Assembly (NCBI GenBank): GCA_003222205.1 | Contig: QHVC01000044.1 | Span: 2,510 to 66,509, forward strand | DNA length: 64,000 nt | From: Gemmatimonadota bacterium | GTDB taxonomy: Bacteria > Gemmatimonadota > Gemmatimonadetes > Gemmatimonadales > GWC2-71-9 | Reading direction: 5' to 3' | Shown here: positions 1 through 9,256 of the stretch, one piece after another | Layout: each line of letters starts with the position of its first letter | Numbering within the stretch: the first letter of the stretch is position 1 | The notes under the pieces: generated by a model | Told to the model about the DNA's origin: nothing | Databases searched by the model: none | The model's input: the letters and a program-made list of their open reading frames with translations, nothing else | Translations under genes and position numbers: made by a program

Positions 1-586
1 CCAGGGCCGTCAGCTGGTACAGCTTCTTGCGCCACCCCGACGCCACGTCGCGCACGGCGGCGATGTCGGGGACCAGCCCCAGGATCAGGAACACCGTCGA
101 GACCGTGAAGTACGTCCCGATCGCGAACTCGTCCCAGATGAGCGGCGACTTGAAGTTGGGCCACAGGCCGCGCTCGTTGGGGTACGGGAGCGTCCAGTAG
201 AAGTACCACTGGCGGCCGATGTGGATCAGCGGGAACAACGCCGCCGTCATCACGGCGAACACGGTCATCGCTTCGGCGGTGCGGTAGATCGCGGTGCGCC
301 ACCCCGAGCGAAAGAGAAACAGAATCGCCGAAATCAGGGTGCCCGAGTGGGCGATGCCCACCCAGAACACGAAGCAGGTGATGAAGACGGCCCAGTACAC
401 CGGGTGCGAATAGCCCGCCAGCCCCAGGCCATAGCGCAGCAGGTACAGCAGGCAGATGATCCCGATCGCGAGCAGGGTGACCGCCGCGCCGAGCAGCAGG
501 AAGTAGCCTTTTCCCGGGTTGCCCAGCGTGCGCGCGATGGTGCGCGTGACGAAATCGTAGGTGACGCGTCCCGACGGCTGGGCCAT
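1..586 (-). CDS. actC: Alternative complex III subunit ActC (NrfD/PsrC-like polytopic membrane subunit); 3' end cut by window edge
   Basis: Not in ORF track because it runs off the window. Own minus-strand translation from ATG at 586..584: MAQPSGRVTYDFVTRTIARTLGNPGKGYFLLLGAAVTLLAIGIICLLYLL...HPVYWAVFITCFVFWVGIAHSGTLISAILFLFRSGWR... The helices are hydrophobic and NrfD-like. It starts 2 nt after the actB stop. Confidence 0.8.
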   Translation of the reverse strand, partial: MAQPSGRVTYDFVTRTIARTLGNPGKGYFLLLGAAVTLLAIGIICLLYLLRYGLGLAGYSHPVYWAVFITCFVFWVGIAHSGTLISAILFLFRSGWRTAIYRTAEAMTVFAVMTAALFPLIHIGRQWYFYWTLPYPNERGLWPNFKSPLIWDEFAIGTYFTVSTVFLILGLVPDIAAVRDVASGWRKKLYQLTAL

Positions 587-588
587 CG

Positions 589-3588
589 TCAGGCCGCTCC
601 CCCGCTCGGCGCGGTCACCTTGGCGAGATAGGCGATGGCGGGCCGGGTGTTCAAGCCGGCGAGCACGTGATAGCCGCGCGGGTTGTCGGAGAGTTGGCGC
701 ACGCGCGAGCGTGGATCGTTCAGGTCGCCGAAGACGATCGCCTCCGACGGGCAGCCTTGCGCGCACGCGGGGAGGAACTGCAGCTCCGCGTCGTCGAGGC
801 GGCGGTCGGCGAGGCGGGCTTCGTTCTGCTTGCCGCGGATGCGCTGCACGCAGAACGTGCACTTCTCCATGACGCCTTTCTCGCGCACCGTGACGTCCGG
901 GTTCAAGAGCAGCTGCAGCGGCTCCGGCCACGCCTCGAACTCCCCGCCCGGCTCCGCATAGTTGAACCAGTTGAAGTAGCGGACTTTGTACGGGCAGTTG
1001 TTGGAGCAGTAGCGCGTGCCGATACAGCGGTTGTAGATCTGGCCGTTGAGCCCGTCGGGCGTGTGGTACGCCGCGAACACGGGACACACGGGCTCGCACG
1101 GCGCGTTGCCGCACTGCTGGCACAGCATCGGCGTCGTGACGGCGTGCAGCGACTCCCCGTCCTTCCCGCCGGTGAAGTAGCGCTCGATGCGTATCCAGCT
1201 CATTTCACGGTGGCGGCGCACCAATTCTTCGCCGACGGTCGCGAGGTTGTTCTCCGCGTAGCAGGCGGTCACGCACGCCGAGCAGCCGGTGCAGCGCGAG
1301 AGATCGATCGCCATCGCCCAGCGCGGATGCGTGCCCGCGTAGCCGCCGAGCGCGGCCATCTCGCGCTGCGCCTCGGCCCACCCCTCCTCGGCCCCGCGCG
1401 CGTAGGCGGGCGTTTCCTCCGCTTCGAAGACGTGCTTACCGGGTCTGAGCCGCTGCGCCTGAGCGAGGGGGAGGACGTTGACGATGCCGTGGCCGTGCTC
1501 GCGCGCGTTGCCCTCGGTCGTCGCGAGGAAGACGTGCTCGGCGGTCTTGGTGACCTTGACGGCGACGACGAACGTCCGGCCGCCGGCGCGATTGGGCTCC
1601 CCCGGCAACAGATCGAACGCGTTGAACGAGCGGCCCGCCGCGTAGCGCCCGTACGCGACGTGTCCCTGCCCCGTCGGCACCGCGACCACCCGGGGCCGCA
1701 CGGTCGGGGTGATCCACACCGGCGCGCGCACCTCGCCCGCTTCCGACTTGAGCAGCACCACGTCCCCGTTCACGACCCCCCACTTGCCCGCGGTTTCCGG
1801 ATGCACCTCCGCCCAGCCGTGCCAGGTGATCTTCGAAACGGGGTCGGGCAGCTCCTGGAGCCACGGCTTGTTGGCGCCGCGGCCGTCGTGCAGCGCCGGG
1901 TGCGGGAAGACGACGGCCGTCGCATCGCCTTCTGCGAAGGGGGGCGCGGCCTCGCCCATTGCGGCGATCGCGCCCGGGCCCAGCCGCACCGACCGTGTCG
2001 CGATTTCGGTATAGACACCGCCGTGCGCCAGCGCCGCCGTCCAGAACTCCTCGAAGCTCTTGCCGCCGCCATGCCGCCGGTGCACGTCGCGCCACGCGGT
2101 CTGCAGGTAGTCCTTGAACGTTCCGGTGCGGCCCGCGGCGCGCAGGATCGCGTCGCCCGCGTGCATCGTGCCGGGGAACACGGGCGCCATGACCGGCTGC
2201 TGCAGCGCGTACACGCCGGCGCGCGGCCGCGCGTCGTTCCATTGCTCGAGGGGGTGCAGGTCGGGGAGCACGAGATCGGCGGCGCGCGCGGTCTCGTCCG
2301 GATCGGACGAGAAGCTGACCTTGAACAGCACCTTGCCCAGGGCCTGGGCGAACGCCGCGTCGGCGTGCGCCGGGTTCGCCCCGTGCACCAGCAGGACGGC
2401 GACTTTTCCGCCCGCCATGTCGCCGCGCAGCGCCGCGAGCTGGCGATAGCTGCCCGCAGCGTCCTGGGTGAGATCCGGCCCGAACTGCACGGTCCGTCCG
2501 ACGGCGCCCGCAACGTAATTGAGGATGTTCACCGCCGCCACGATCTCGGCGCCGTTCGCCGCCTGGGCGGCCACCCCGCCGGCGACGGCGAGCCCGCCAC
2601 CCGACGCCGCGAACTCGCGCGCCAGGCGCTCGATGGTCTTGGCGTCGACGCCGATCTGCGCCGCGACCTTGTCGGGCGCGTGCGCCGCGAGGGACGGGCC
2701 CAGCCGCGTCGCGTCGGCGGGCGACCGGGCGAGCCGGCGCGACACGATGACTTGGGCCATCGCGAGCGCCAGCAGGCCCTCGGTTCCCGGCGCAGCCGCG
2801 ATCCACTCGTCCGCGGAAAGCCCCGTGAGCGACAGACGCGGGCCCACGTACACGTACTTCGCCATCGAGCTGTCGGCGCCCGCCGCGAACGCGTGGGCGC
2901 GCGTGAACGCGTTCTGGAACTCGACCGGGGAGAGCCACGTCTCCATGAAGTCGGCGCCGAACGAGACGATGTACTTCGCGGCCGCGAAGTCGTAATGGGG
3001 CACGGCCGCGGTGCCGAACGCCAACCGGTTGCCCTCACGCAGCGCCTCGAGCGCGAACGACTCGAACGCGATGCGCCGCCCGCCCACGGCCCGCATCCAT
3101 TCGTCCACCAGGTCGCCGAAGGCCCCGGTCTCGTGTCCCGTGACGAACACGATCCCCTTCCCCTTCGCATCCGCGACCTTCTGCGCCAACAGCTGGATCG
3201 CCTTGTCCCAGGTCGTCTCCGCGAGCTGCCCGTTGGCTCCACGCAGCCGCGGGCCGGTGATGCGGTCGGGGTTGTAGAGGCCCTGGAGGCCGGCCTGGCC
3301 GCGGGCGCAGAGGCGGCCGCGGTTCACGGGCGAGTCAGGGTTGCCCTCGAGCTTGACGGCGCGGCCTTCGCGGACCCGAGCCCGGAGGCCGCAGCCCGCC
3401 GCGCATTCGCGGCAGGTGGTCGCGTACCACGTGGCGACGCCGGGGATCTGGTCATCCGGCGCGACGAGGTACGGGAGCAGCCGCTGGGTCGGCTCGGGGC
3501 CGATGCCGCAGCCGGAGAGCGCTGCGGCGCCACCCCCGGTAACGCCGAGGATCTTGAGGAACCGCCTGCGGTTCATCGCGTCAGTCAT
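589..3588 (-). CDS. actB: Alternative complex III subunit ActB (molybdopterin-oxidoreductase-like domain fused to a 4Fe-4S ferredoxin domain)
   Basis: 999-aa ORF with Tat signal MNRRRFLKILGVTGGGAAALSGCG. The C-terminal half carries Cys clusters (CTGCSACVTACYAEN, CQQCGNAPCEPVCP, CIGTRYCSNNCP, CTFCVQRI). ATG is preceded by GGAG. It is flanked by pentahaem actA and NrfD-like actC. Confidence 0.9.
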   Translation of the reverse strand: MTDAMNRRRFLKILGVTGGGAAALSGCGIGPEPTQRLLPYLVAPDDQIPGVATWYATTCRECAAGCGLRARVREGRAVKLEGNPDSPVNRGRLCARGQAGLQGLYNPDRITGPRLRGANGQLAETTWDKAIQLLAQKVADAKGKGIVFVTGHETGAFGDLVDEWMRAVGGRRIAFESFALEALREGNRLAFGTAAVPHYDFAAAKYIVSFGADFMETWLSPVEFQNAFTRAHAFAAGADSSMAKYVYVGPRLSLTGLSADEWIAAAPGTEGLLALAMAQVIVSRRLARSPADATRLGPSLAAHAPDKVAAQIGVDAKTIERLAREFAASGGGLAVAGGVAAQAANGAEIVAAVNILNYVAGAVGRTVQFGPDLTQDAAGSYRQLAALRGDMAGGKVAVLLVHGANPAHADAAFAQALGKVLFKVSFSSDPDETARAADLVLPDLHPLEQWNDARPRAGVYALQQPVMAPVFPGTMHAGDAILRAAGRTGTFKDYLQTAWRDVHRRHGGGKSFEEFWTAALAHGGVYTEIATRSVRLGPGAIAAMGEAAPPFAEGDATAVVFPHPALHDGRGANKPWLQELPDPVSKITWHGWAEVHPETAGKWGVVNGDVVLLKSEAGEVRAPVWITPTVRPRVVAVPTGQGHVAYGRYAAGRSFNAFDLLPGEPNRAGGRTFVVAVKVTKTAEHVFLATTEGNAREHGHGIVNVLPLAQAQRLRPGKHVFEAEETPAYARGAEEGWAEAQREMAALGGYAGTHPRWAMAIDLSRCTGCSACVTACYAENNLATVGEELVRRHREMSWIRIERYFTGGKDGESLHAVTTPMLCQQCGNAPCEPVCPVFAAYHTPDGLNGQIYNRCIGTRYCSNNCPYKVRYFNWFNYAEPGGEFEAWPEPLQLLLNPDVTVREKGVMEKCTFCVQRIRGKQNEARLADRRLDDAELQFLPACAQGCPSEAIVFGDLNDPRSRVRQLSDNPRGYHVLAGLNTRPAIAYLAKVTAPSGGAA

Positions 3589-3606
3589 AGCGTCTCCGCA
3601 GCCGTC

Positions 3607-4185
3607 CTAGAAGTGGCACGCCGTGCAGTCCTGCGTCACCTTGCGCTGGACGTGGCAGCGGACGCACCAGCCCATCTTGAGCGTCGCGACCTGGTAGATC
3701 CGCGGCTGTTTGGCGACTTCGCCGTGGCAGTTGGCGCAGGAGGCGGCGTCCGTGCCGAGCACTTTGATGTGGCGCATGTGCGGAAAGTGCACGAAGTCGG
3801 GGACGGCATAGACGCGGATCCACTCGGGGGGCGACCGATCGCGCCACGCACTCCTGATCTTCGTGATCTCGGCGCGGTGACTGTCGGTGGTGCCGTTGAT
3901 GATCTGGTGGCACCCGATGCACGTCTGCACCGAGGGAATCCCCGGCTCGCTGGAAATCGCGGCCGAGTAGTGGCAGTACATGCAGGGGATGCGGTCCTGA
4001 CCGGCGTGGATGTCGTGGCGGAAGAATATCGGCTGGCGGGGACCCTTGAGCTTCCCGGTATCGCTCTGGCTCAAGACGGGGGCTCTGAATCCCGGAGCGG
4101 CAGGCCCGCCCTGCGCCGCCACCGGGCGGGCGAGCAAGAGCACCGCGATTCCTCCCCCCCACATGCACCACTCACCCTTCGTCAT
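3607..4185 (-). CDS. actA: Alternative complex III subunit ActA, pentahaem cytochrome c
   Basis: Five CxxCH motifs (CMYCH, CIGCH, CANCH, CVRCH, CTACH) and an N-terminal hydrophobic anchor/signal. The ORF-track start 4188 is TTG; I prefer the adjacent ATG at 4185. Confidence 0.85.
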   Translation of the reverse strand: MTKGEWCMWGGGIAVLLLARPVAAQGGPAAPGFRAPVLSQSDTGKLKGPRQPIFFRHDIHAGQDRIPCMYCHYSAAISSEPGIPSVQTCIGCHQIINGTTDSHRAEITKIRSAWRDRSPPEWIRVYAVPDFVHFPHMRHIKVLGTDAASCANCHGEVAKQPRIYQVATLKMGWCVRCHVQRKVTQDCTACHF

Positions 4186-4306
4186 CAACGCGATAGCCTC
4201 GATGGCGAATGTTTACGACGTGTGGTTGTGCTGTGCTGCTGCGTGCCAGCGTGCGGGCGCCGCAATGTATCTCCGCCCGGGAACCCCGCACAAGGGCGCG
4301 GTCACA

Positions 4307-4777
4307 TCATTCGGGCCGCGCGAGGAAGTGGTGTTTCATCCGGACCACGTCGACGAACGCGTCGACGGCGTCCAGATCGCCGAAGCTGAGCCAGCACCAC
4401 CGCAGGCCTTCGGCGTGCACGCCGTCCCGCACCGCCTGCTTGATGACCCGGGGCAGCCCGTTCGCCAGCACCAGCTCCTGCTGCTCGGCTTCCGTGAGCA
4501 CGAACGTGCCGCTGGCTCCCGACTCCATGGGATGCAGGAACCCGAGCTTGCGGCCACCGACCTCGTACATCCACACCCACTTCCACGTGGTACCGAGGTA
4601 CACGACCTGCTCGGTGACGTGCTTCAGCGCCCGGAGCCCCTCGCGGGCCCGTTTGAAGCGGCCCGCCGCCCGCGACGCTAGGTCGCGCAACGGGGCGTCG
4701 ACCTTGGGCCGCTCCCGCGGGTTCAGATAGAGGTTCGTGGCCCAATACTCGGCCGGTGGCTTACTGGTCATGGGCAT
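4307..4777 (-). CDS. Hypothetical protein (156 aa), family not recognised
   Basis: ATG-initiated ORF with non-repetitive, globular-looking sequence (…VVYLGTTWKWVWMYEVGGRKLGFLHPMESGASGTFVLTEAEQQELV…). Third positions are G/C-rich, unlike the overlapping Arg/Ala-rich alternative frames. Confidence 0.55.
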   Translation of the reverse strand: MPMTSKPPAEYWATNLYLNPRERPKVDAPLRDLASRAAGRFKRAREGLRALKHVTEQVVYLGTTWKWVWMYEVGGRKLGFLHPMESGASGTFVLTEAEQQELVLANGLPRVIKQAVRDGVHAEGLRWCWLSFGDLDAVDAFVDVVRMKHHFLARPE

Positions 4778-4820
4778 GATGGCCCACCAAACCTACGGTA
4801 CGGGTCAATACCCACGTCCG

Positions 4821-4985
4821 TCACTGGGACAGACGCCGCATCCGCAGTAGCGCGAAGACGGCCCCGACCGCCAGGTAGACACCCGCCAGGGTCGTCTCGC
4901 CGCGCCCGAACGCCCGGACGGCGAGATAGACCCAGATCCCCAGCCACACGATGATCAACACCCAACCACCCCTGCTGATGGCCAT
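4821..4985 (-). CDS. Small hydrophobic protein (54 aa, two predicted TM helices)
   Basis: Below the ORF-track size cut-off. Own translation: MAISRGGWVLIIVWLGIWVYLAVRAFGRGETTLAGVYLAVGAVFALLRMRRLSQ. ATG start, G/C-rich third positions. Confidence 0.35.
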   Translation of the reverse strand: MAISRGGWVLIIVWLGIWVYLAVRAFGRGETTLAGVYLAVGAVFALLRMRRLSQ

Positions 4986-5021
4986 CGGACTCCTCCGACG
5001 CGGACTGGAAAGCGACCCGCT

Positions 5022-8000
5022 CTAATGTACGACGCGACCTGCCGCTCGCTCCAGCACGGTCCAGCGGCGCCGCAGTCCGGTCAGGGTGCGTTGCAGCGCC
5101 GCGACGCCGGCCACCGCCTGTGACGTGGGCGCGGCGTCCGTCTCCTCGACGACGTCGTACAGGCCGGCGAGCTGCCCGGCCAGCCGCGCCAGTCCCGGCT
5201 GCGCAGGCCGCCCTGGGGCCGGCTGACCGCGGGCGCCGCCGTTCTCCAAGGAGTCCGCACGGCTGTCGAGCGCCAGGAGGGAGTCCGCCCGCGGCCCGGC
5301 GCCCGCCTGATCCCGTTGATCCTTGAGACGCGCGCGCAGCGCCCGCACCTGGGCGAGCAGCGTCGAGTCCTCGCGCATCGCGTTGGCGAGCTGAGTCGCG
5401 AGGGTGTACTGCTGGACGAGACCCGCCGGGGGCGTCGTCACGCGCGGGTCCATCCGCACCGACAGCGTTTCCGCGTGGATGCGGGCGTCGACCGTGAGGC
5501 GCACGGTGTAGCGCCCGGGGACGACGATCGGGCCTCGCGGCTCGCGCGGAGTGTCGCGATACACGGCCGCGATCGGATAGCCGTGCTGCGTGGCGGCCGG
5601 CGGCGGCCCGCGTAGGTCCCACACGAACCGGTGCATCCCCGCCGCCGCCGAGAGCGGCTGGGGCGGGCGGATCCACCACGGCGGAATGTTGGCCGTCGAG
5701 TCCGGCGGCTCGGGGACGTCGTCGCTGGCGAAGCGCCGCACCACGCGGCCGGCGGCATCTCGCACTTCGAGCGCGATCGGCCCGGTGGGCGCGGTGCCGA
5801 GGAAGTAATAGAGGATCGCGCCGTCGGGCGGATTGTGCGCGGTGGGCTCGTCGGGCGGGAGCGGCGTATCGGTGTTCTTGTTCCAGCGCACGCGGTAAGC
5901 GACGCCGGGGCGGAACAGGACGACGTCAGCCGTTGCCGGTCGGCCAGCCAGCTGCCGCAGCGGAGACATGTCGTCCAGGATCCAGAACCCGCGCCCGTGC
6001 GTGGCGATCACGAGATCGTTGCCGTGGACGACCACGTCGCGGACCGATGAGGCCGGCAGGTTGAGGCGCAGCGCCTGCCAGTGATCGCCGTCGTCGAACG
6101 AGACGTACACGCTGCGTTCGGAGCCCGCGAACAGGAGTCCCCGGCGCACCGGGTCCTCGCGCACGACGTTCACGACCTCGTTCGACGGTATTCCCTCAAC
6201 GATTTCTCTCCACGTCTTTCCCCCGTCTTTGGTGCGGTAGATGTGGGGATGCACGTCGTCGAGCCGGAAGCGGTTGACGGCCGCGTACGCCTCGAGCGTA
6301 TCGACGTGCGAGGCCTCCATCAGCGACACCTTGCTCCACGGCGTCAGCGCGTCCGGAGTGACGTTCTTCCAGGTGCGCCCGCCGGTGTGCGTCACCCAGA
6401 TCAAGCCGTCGTCGGTCCCGGCCCACAGCAGGTTCCCTCGCCGGAACGACGGCGCGATCGTGTACACCACGCCGCGGTGCTGCCCGTGCTCGGGGTCGAG
6501 GCTCGTGAAGGCGCCGAGGTTCGCCGGCACGTCATAGCTGGGACGCGTCAGGTCGGGGCTGATCACCTGCCAGTGGCGGCCACCGTCCAACGTCTTGAAG
6601 ACGACGTTGCCCGCGAAGTACAGCACGTGCGGGTCGACCGGCGAGAACAGCACGGGCATCGTGCGGACGAAGCGATACTGCCCGGAGCGCACGGGGTCCG
6701 GGGCCACGTCCTGGACGTCGCCGGTGTTCCAGTCGAAGCGTGTGAGCTTGCCGCCGTAGACCAGGTTGGGGTGCAGGGGATCCGGCGCGACATACCCGTA
6801 TTCCTCTGCGCCGACGGGGTGCCACTCGCGGTCGGTGACCTGTCCGTCGTTGCCGCGGCTCGCGACGCCCGCCGAGCCGGACTCTTGTTGCCCCCCATAA
6901 ACCCAGTAGGGGAAGCGGTTGTCGGTCGCAACGTGATAGAACTGCGCAGTGGGCTGATTGTACCAGGAGCTCCACGACTCGCCGCCGTTGACAGTGACGA
7001 TCGCACCCTGATCGCTCGCGATCAGAATGACGCGGGAATCCCCCGGATCGATCCACACGCGGTGGTAGTCGTCGCCGCCGGGGGCGCCACGGAATGCCTG
7101 AAACGTCTGGCCTCCGTCCGTCGACTTCCACGTCACCACGTTGGCAACGTAGAGGACGTCCGGATTCCGGGGATCGACTCTCACCTCGTTGAAATCCCCG
7201 TCGCGCCCCCACAGGCGTGGGTCGGCGTTGACGCGGCGCCACGTCTCGCCGGCATCGTCGGAGCGGTACAGACCGCCGCTACGCGTCGCGCCTACGACGG
7301 CGTAGATGCGCTTGCCGTCGCTCGGCGCGACCCCCAAGCCGATCCGGCCCACGCCATCCTGGGCCGACGGCAGGCCGGTGCCGAGCGGCCGCCACGTCGT
7401 GCCGCCGTCGGAGGACTTGTAGAGGCCGTTGTTGGTCGACAGCGTCCACGAGCTGCCGATCTCCCACGGCGCTTGCCGCGCCGCCCACAGCACCGCGTAG
7501 ACGGTGTTGGGGTCGACCGGGTCGAAGGCCAGATCCATGCCGCCGGTGTTTTCGTCCTTGGCAAGCACCTGCAGCCACGTCGCGCCGCCGTCGGTGGAGC
7601 GGTAGATACCGCGCTCGGGGTTCGGACCGTACGGATGCCCGAGGACCGCCACGAACACGCGGTTGGGATCCTTGGGGTCGACGAGGATCGCGGGGATCTG
7701 CTGGCCCTCGCGCAGTCCCATGTTCCGCCAGGTGGCGCCGCCATCGGTGGACTTGTAGACGCCGTCGCCGACCGAGAGGTCGGGCCGCTGCAGCCCTTCC
7801 CCGCTGCCGACGTAGATCACGTTCGGGTCGGACGGGGCGACGGCCAGGGCGCCGATCGAGCCGGTGGACTGGTCGTCGAAGATCGGCGTCCACACGCGGC
7901 CGTAGTCGGTCGAGCGCCACACGCCGCCGTTGTTGACCCCGATGTAGAACAGGCCGGGATGTCCGGCGACACCGACGGCGGCCACCGTGCGCCCACCGCG

Positions 8001-8111
8001 GAACGGCCCGATGGAACGCCAGCGCAGGGCGGCGAAGCGCGCGGGATCTACGTGTTGCGCCGCGACGGAGGTCCACGCGAACGCGGCGGCTGTTACAAGG
8101 GCTCTGGTCAC
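5022..8111 (-). CDS. Secreted BNR/Asp-box repeat beta-propeller protein (sortilin/VPS10-like or BNR glycosyl-hydrolase-like)
   Basis: 1029 aa from GTG at 8111, a GTGA overlap with the upstream stop. Signal-like VTRALVTAAAFAWTSVAAQ. Repeated Asp-boxes: STDYGRVW, STDGGATW (x2), SSDGGTTW, SDDAGETW, STDGGQTF, LDGGRHW, TKDGGKTW. The ORF-track extension to 8378 is Arg/Gly-rich and overlaps the upstream gene. Confidence 0.8.
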   Translation of the reverse strand: MTRALVTAAAFAWTSVAAQHVDPARFAALRWRSIGPFRGGRTVAAVGVAGHPGLFYIGVNNGGVWRSTDYGRVWTPIFDDQSTGSIGALAVAPSDPNVIYVGSGEGLQRPDLSVGDGVYKSTDGGATWRNMGLREGQQIPAILVDPKDPNRVFVAVLGHPYGPNPERGIYRSTDGGATWLQVLAKDENTGGMDLAFDPVDPNTVYAVLWAARQAPWEIGSSWTLSTNNGLYKSSDGGTTWRPLGTGLPSAQDGVGRIGLGVAPSDGKRIYAVVGATRSGGLYRSDDAGETWRRVNADPRLWGRDGDFNEVRVDPRNPDVLYVANVVTWKSTDGGQTFQAFRGAPGGDDYHRVWIDPGDSRVILIASDQGAIVTVNGGESWSSWYNQPTAQFYHVATDNRFPYWVYGGQQESGSAGVASRGNDGQVTDREWHPVGAEEYGYVAPDPLHPNLVYGGKLTRFDWNTGDVQDVAPDPVRSGQYRFVRTMPVLFSPVDPHVLYFAGNVVFKTLDGGRHWQVISPDLTRPSYDVPANLGAFTSLDPEHGQHRGVVYTIAPSFRRGNLLWAGTDDGLIWVTHTGGRTWKNVTPDALTPWSKVSLMEASHVDTLEAYAAVNRFRLDDVHPHIYRTKDGGKTWREIVEGIPSNEVVNVVREDPVRRGLLFAGSERSVYVSFDDGDHWQALRLNLPASSVRDVVVHGNDLVIATHGRGFWILDDMSPLRQLAGRPATADVVLFRPGVAYRVRWNKNTDTPLPPDEPTAHNPPDGAILYYFLGTAPTGPIALEVRDAAGRVVRRFASDDVPEPPDSTANIPPWWIRPPQPLSAAAGMHRFVWDLRGPPPAATQHGYPIAAVYRDTPREPRGPIVVPGRYTVRLTVDARIHAETLSVRMDPRVTTPPAGLVQQYTLATQLANAMREDSTLLAQVRALRARLKDQRDQAGAGPRADSLLALDSRADSLENGGARGQPAPGRPAQPGLARLAGQLAGLYDVVEETDAAPTSQAVAGVAALQRTLTGLRRRWTVLERAAGRVVH

Positions 8112-9256
8112 GAGACTTCTCCTGGTTTCGCGATCGCTCGCGTACACGCCTTGAACCGGCCGCGATCCAGCAGGCGGCCGACGCTCTGCCCCGGGACCGC
8201 CATGCGGCCGTCCACGCTCATCGTCAGCTTGATCACGTCCACGTCGCGGCCATACCAGCGCGCGCTGGGCTCGAGGTCCGAAGGGTACACGCACTGGGGC
8301 AGCGCCGCGACCGCCAGCGCCGCCTGGGAGCCGAGCCCCGACTCGGGCATCGTGCCGGCCCACAACTTCGCCCCACATTGCTCGGCCACGCGGTAGATCC
8401 GGCAGACCTCCGTCACACCACCGACCCGGTGCACTTTGATGTTCCAGATCTTCGGCCCATCCAGCTCAGCGACCTGTCGCGCCCATGCCGCACTCCGCAG
8501 AGTCTCGTCGAGGCAGATGGGCGTCTTCAGCGTCTCGGCGAGGCGCGCGTGCCCGACGAGCTCGTCGGGCGCGAGCGGCTGTTCAATGTAGAGCAGTCCC
8601 GCCTGATCCAGCAGCCGCAGGTGGCTCTCGTGCGTGGGCCACTCGTACGCTCCGTTGGCGTCGACGGTGAGCGGCACGTCCTTGCCAGCCATCCCCTGAC
8701 GCGCGGCACGCACGGCGACCTCGTCCCATCCCGGCGCGACCTTGATCTTGACCCGCCGGTAGCCCTGGGTGAGGGCGTCGTACACCTGACGGGTGAGCGT
8801 TGCCGGCTGCCGGTCGACCGGGATCCCTACCGCGACGCCACATGGCACGCTCGCCGCCGCCGGGACGGCGAGGCGCTGGGCCAGGAGCTGGGCGAGGCCG
8901 ACGTTGCTGCGCGCCGCCTCCAGGTCCCACGCCGCCGTCTCGACACCCGCGCGCGCGAACGGATTGCCGCGCACGCCCTCGCGCAGTGCCGCGTCCACCT
9001 CCTCGGGTCCGGCGAACTCCCGGCCCACGACGCGCGGGATCAGGACGCGCCGCACGAGGTCGGTGGCTCCCGGGAGCGTCTCCTCCGAGTAGAACGGCAG
9101 CTCGAACGGCGGCGACTCGCCGTACCCCGCGCGCCCGTCCTCGTCGTGAAGCACGACGACGAGCGAGCGGCGCTCGGTCATCGCGCCGCCCGAAATGACG
9201 AACGGCTCGAGTAGCGGCAGCGTCAGCTCGAGCAGCTCAGCGCGGGCGATGCGCAT
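8108..9256 (-). CDS. Enolase-superfamily enzyme, MLE subgroup (o-succinylbenzoate synthase / N-acylamino-acid racemase / dipeptide epimerase-like)
   Basis: KxK motif (RVKIKVAPG), metal ligands in TVDANGAY, YIEQPL and ICLDETL, and a second catalytic Lys in WNIKVHRVGG. Start placed at MRIARAELLELTLPL (Met12 of the ORF); 9289 is also possible. Confidence 0.8.
   Translation of the reverse strand: MRIARAELLELTLPLLEPFVISGGAMTERRSLVVVLHDEDGRAGYGESPPFELPFYSEETLPGATDLVRRVLIPRVVGREFAGPEEVDAALREGVRGNPFARAGVETAAWDLEAARSNVGLAQLLAQRLAVPAAASVPCGVAVGIPVDRQPATLTRQVYDALTQGYRRVKIKVAPGWDEVAVRAARQGMAGKDVPLTVDANGAYEWPTHESHLRLLDQAGLLYIEQPLAPDELVGHARLAETLKTPICLDETLRSAAWARQVAELDGPKIWNIKVHRVGGVTEVCRIYRVAEQCGAKLWAGTMPESGLGSQAALAVAALPQCVYPSDLEPSARWYGRDVDVIKLTMSVDGRMAVPGQSVGRLLDRGRFKACTRAIAKPGEVS

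Noticed and set aside
667-4389. 1240-aa plus-strand ORF antisense to actB/actA
   Set aside because: Arg/Ala/Gly/Val-rich low-complexity translation with no recognisable motifs. It lies opposite a gene with unmistakable ActB features. Long stop-free antisense frames are expected at this GC content.
8112-8378. 5' extensions of ORF-track entries. Examples: 5022..8378, 11270..12649, 17508..19415, 19199..20983, 47185..48753, 49171..51996, 51651..53456
   Set aside because: The extensions run into the upstream gene and are Arg/Gly/Pro-rich. Internal ATG/GTG starts give proper signal peptides or conserved N-termini and typical ATGA/GTGA coupling.
6081-8396. 771-aa plus-strand ORF antisense to the BNR propeller gene
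   Set aside because: Same artefact. The minus-strand frame carries repeated Asp-box motifs; the plus frame is Arg/Gly/Ala-rich with no domain signature.
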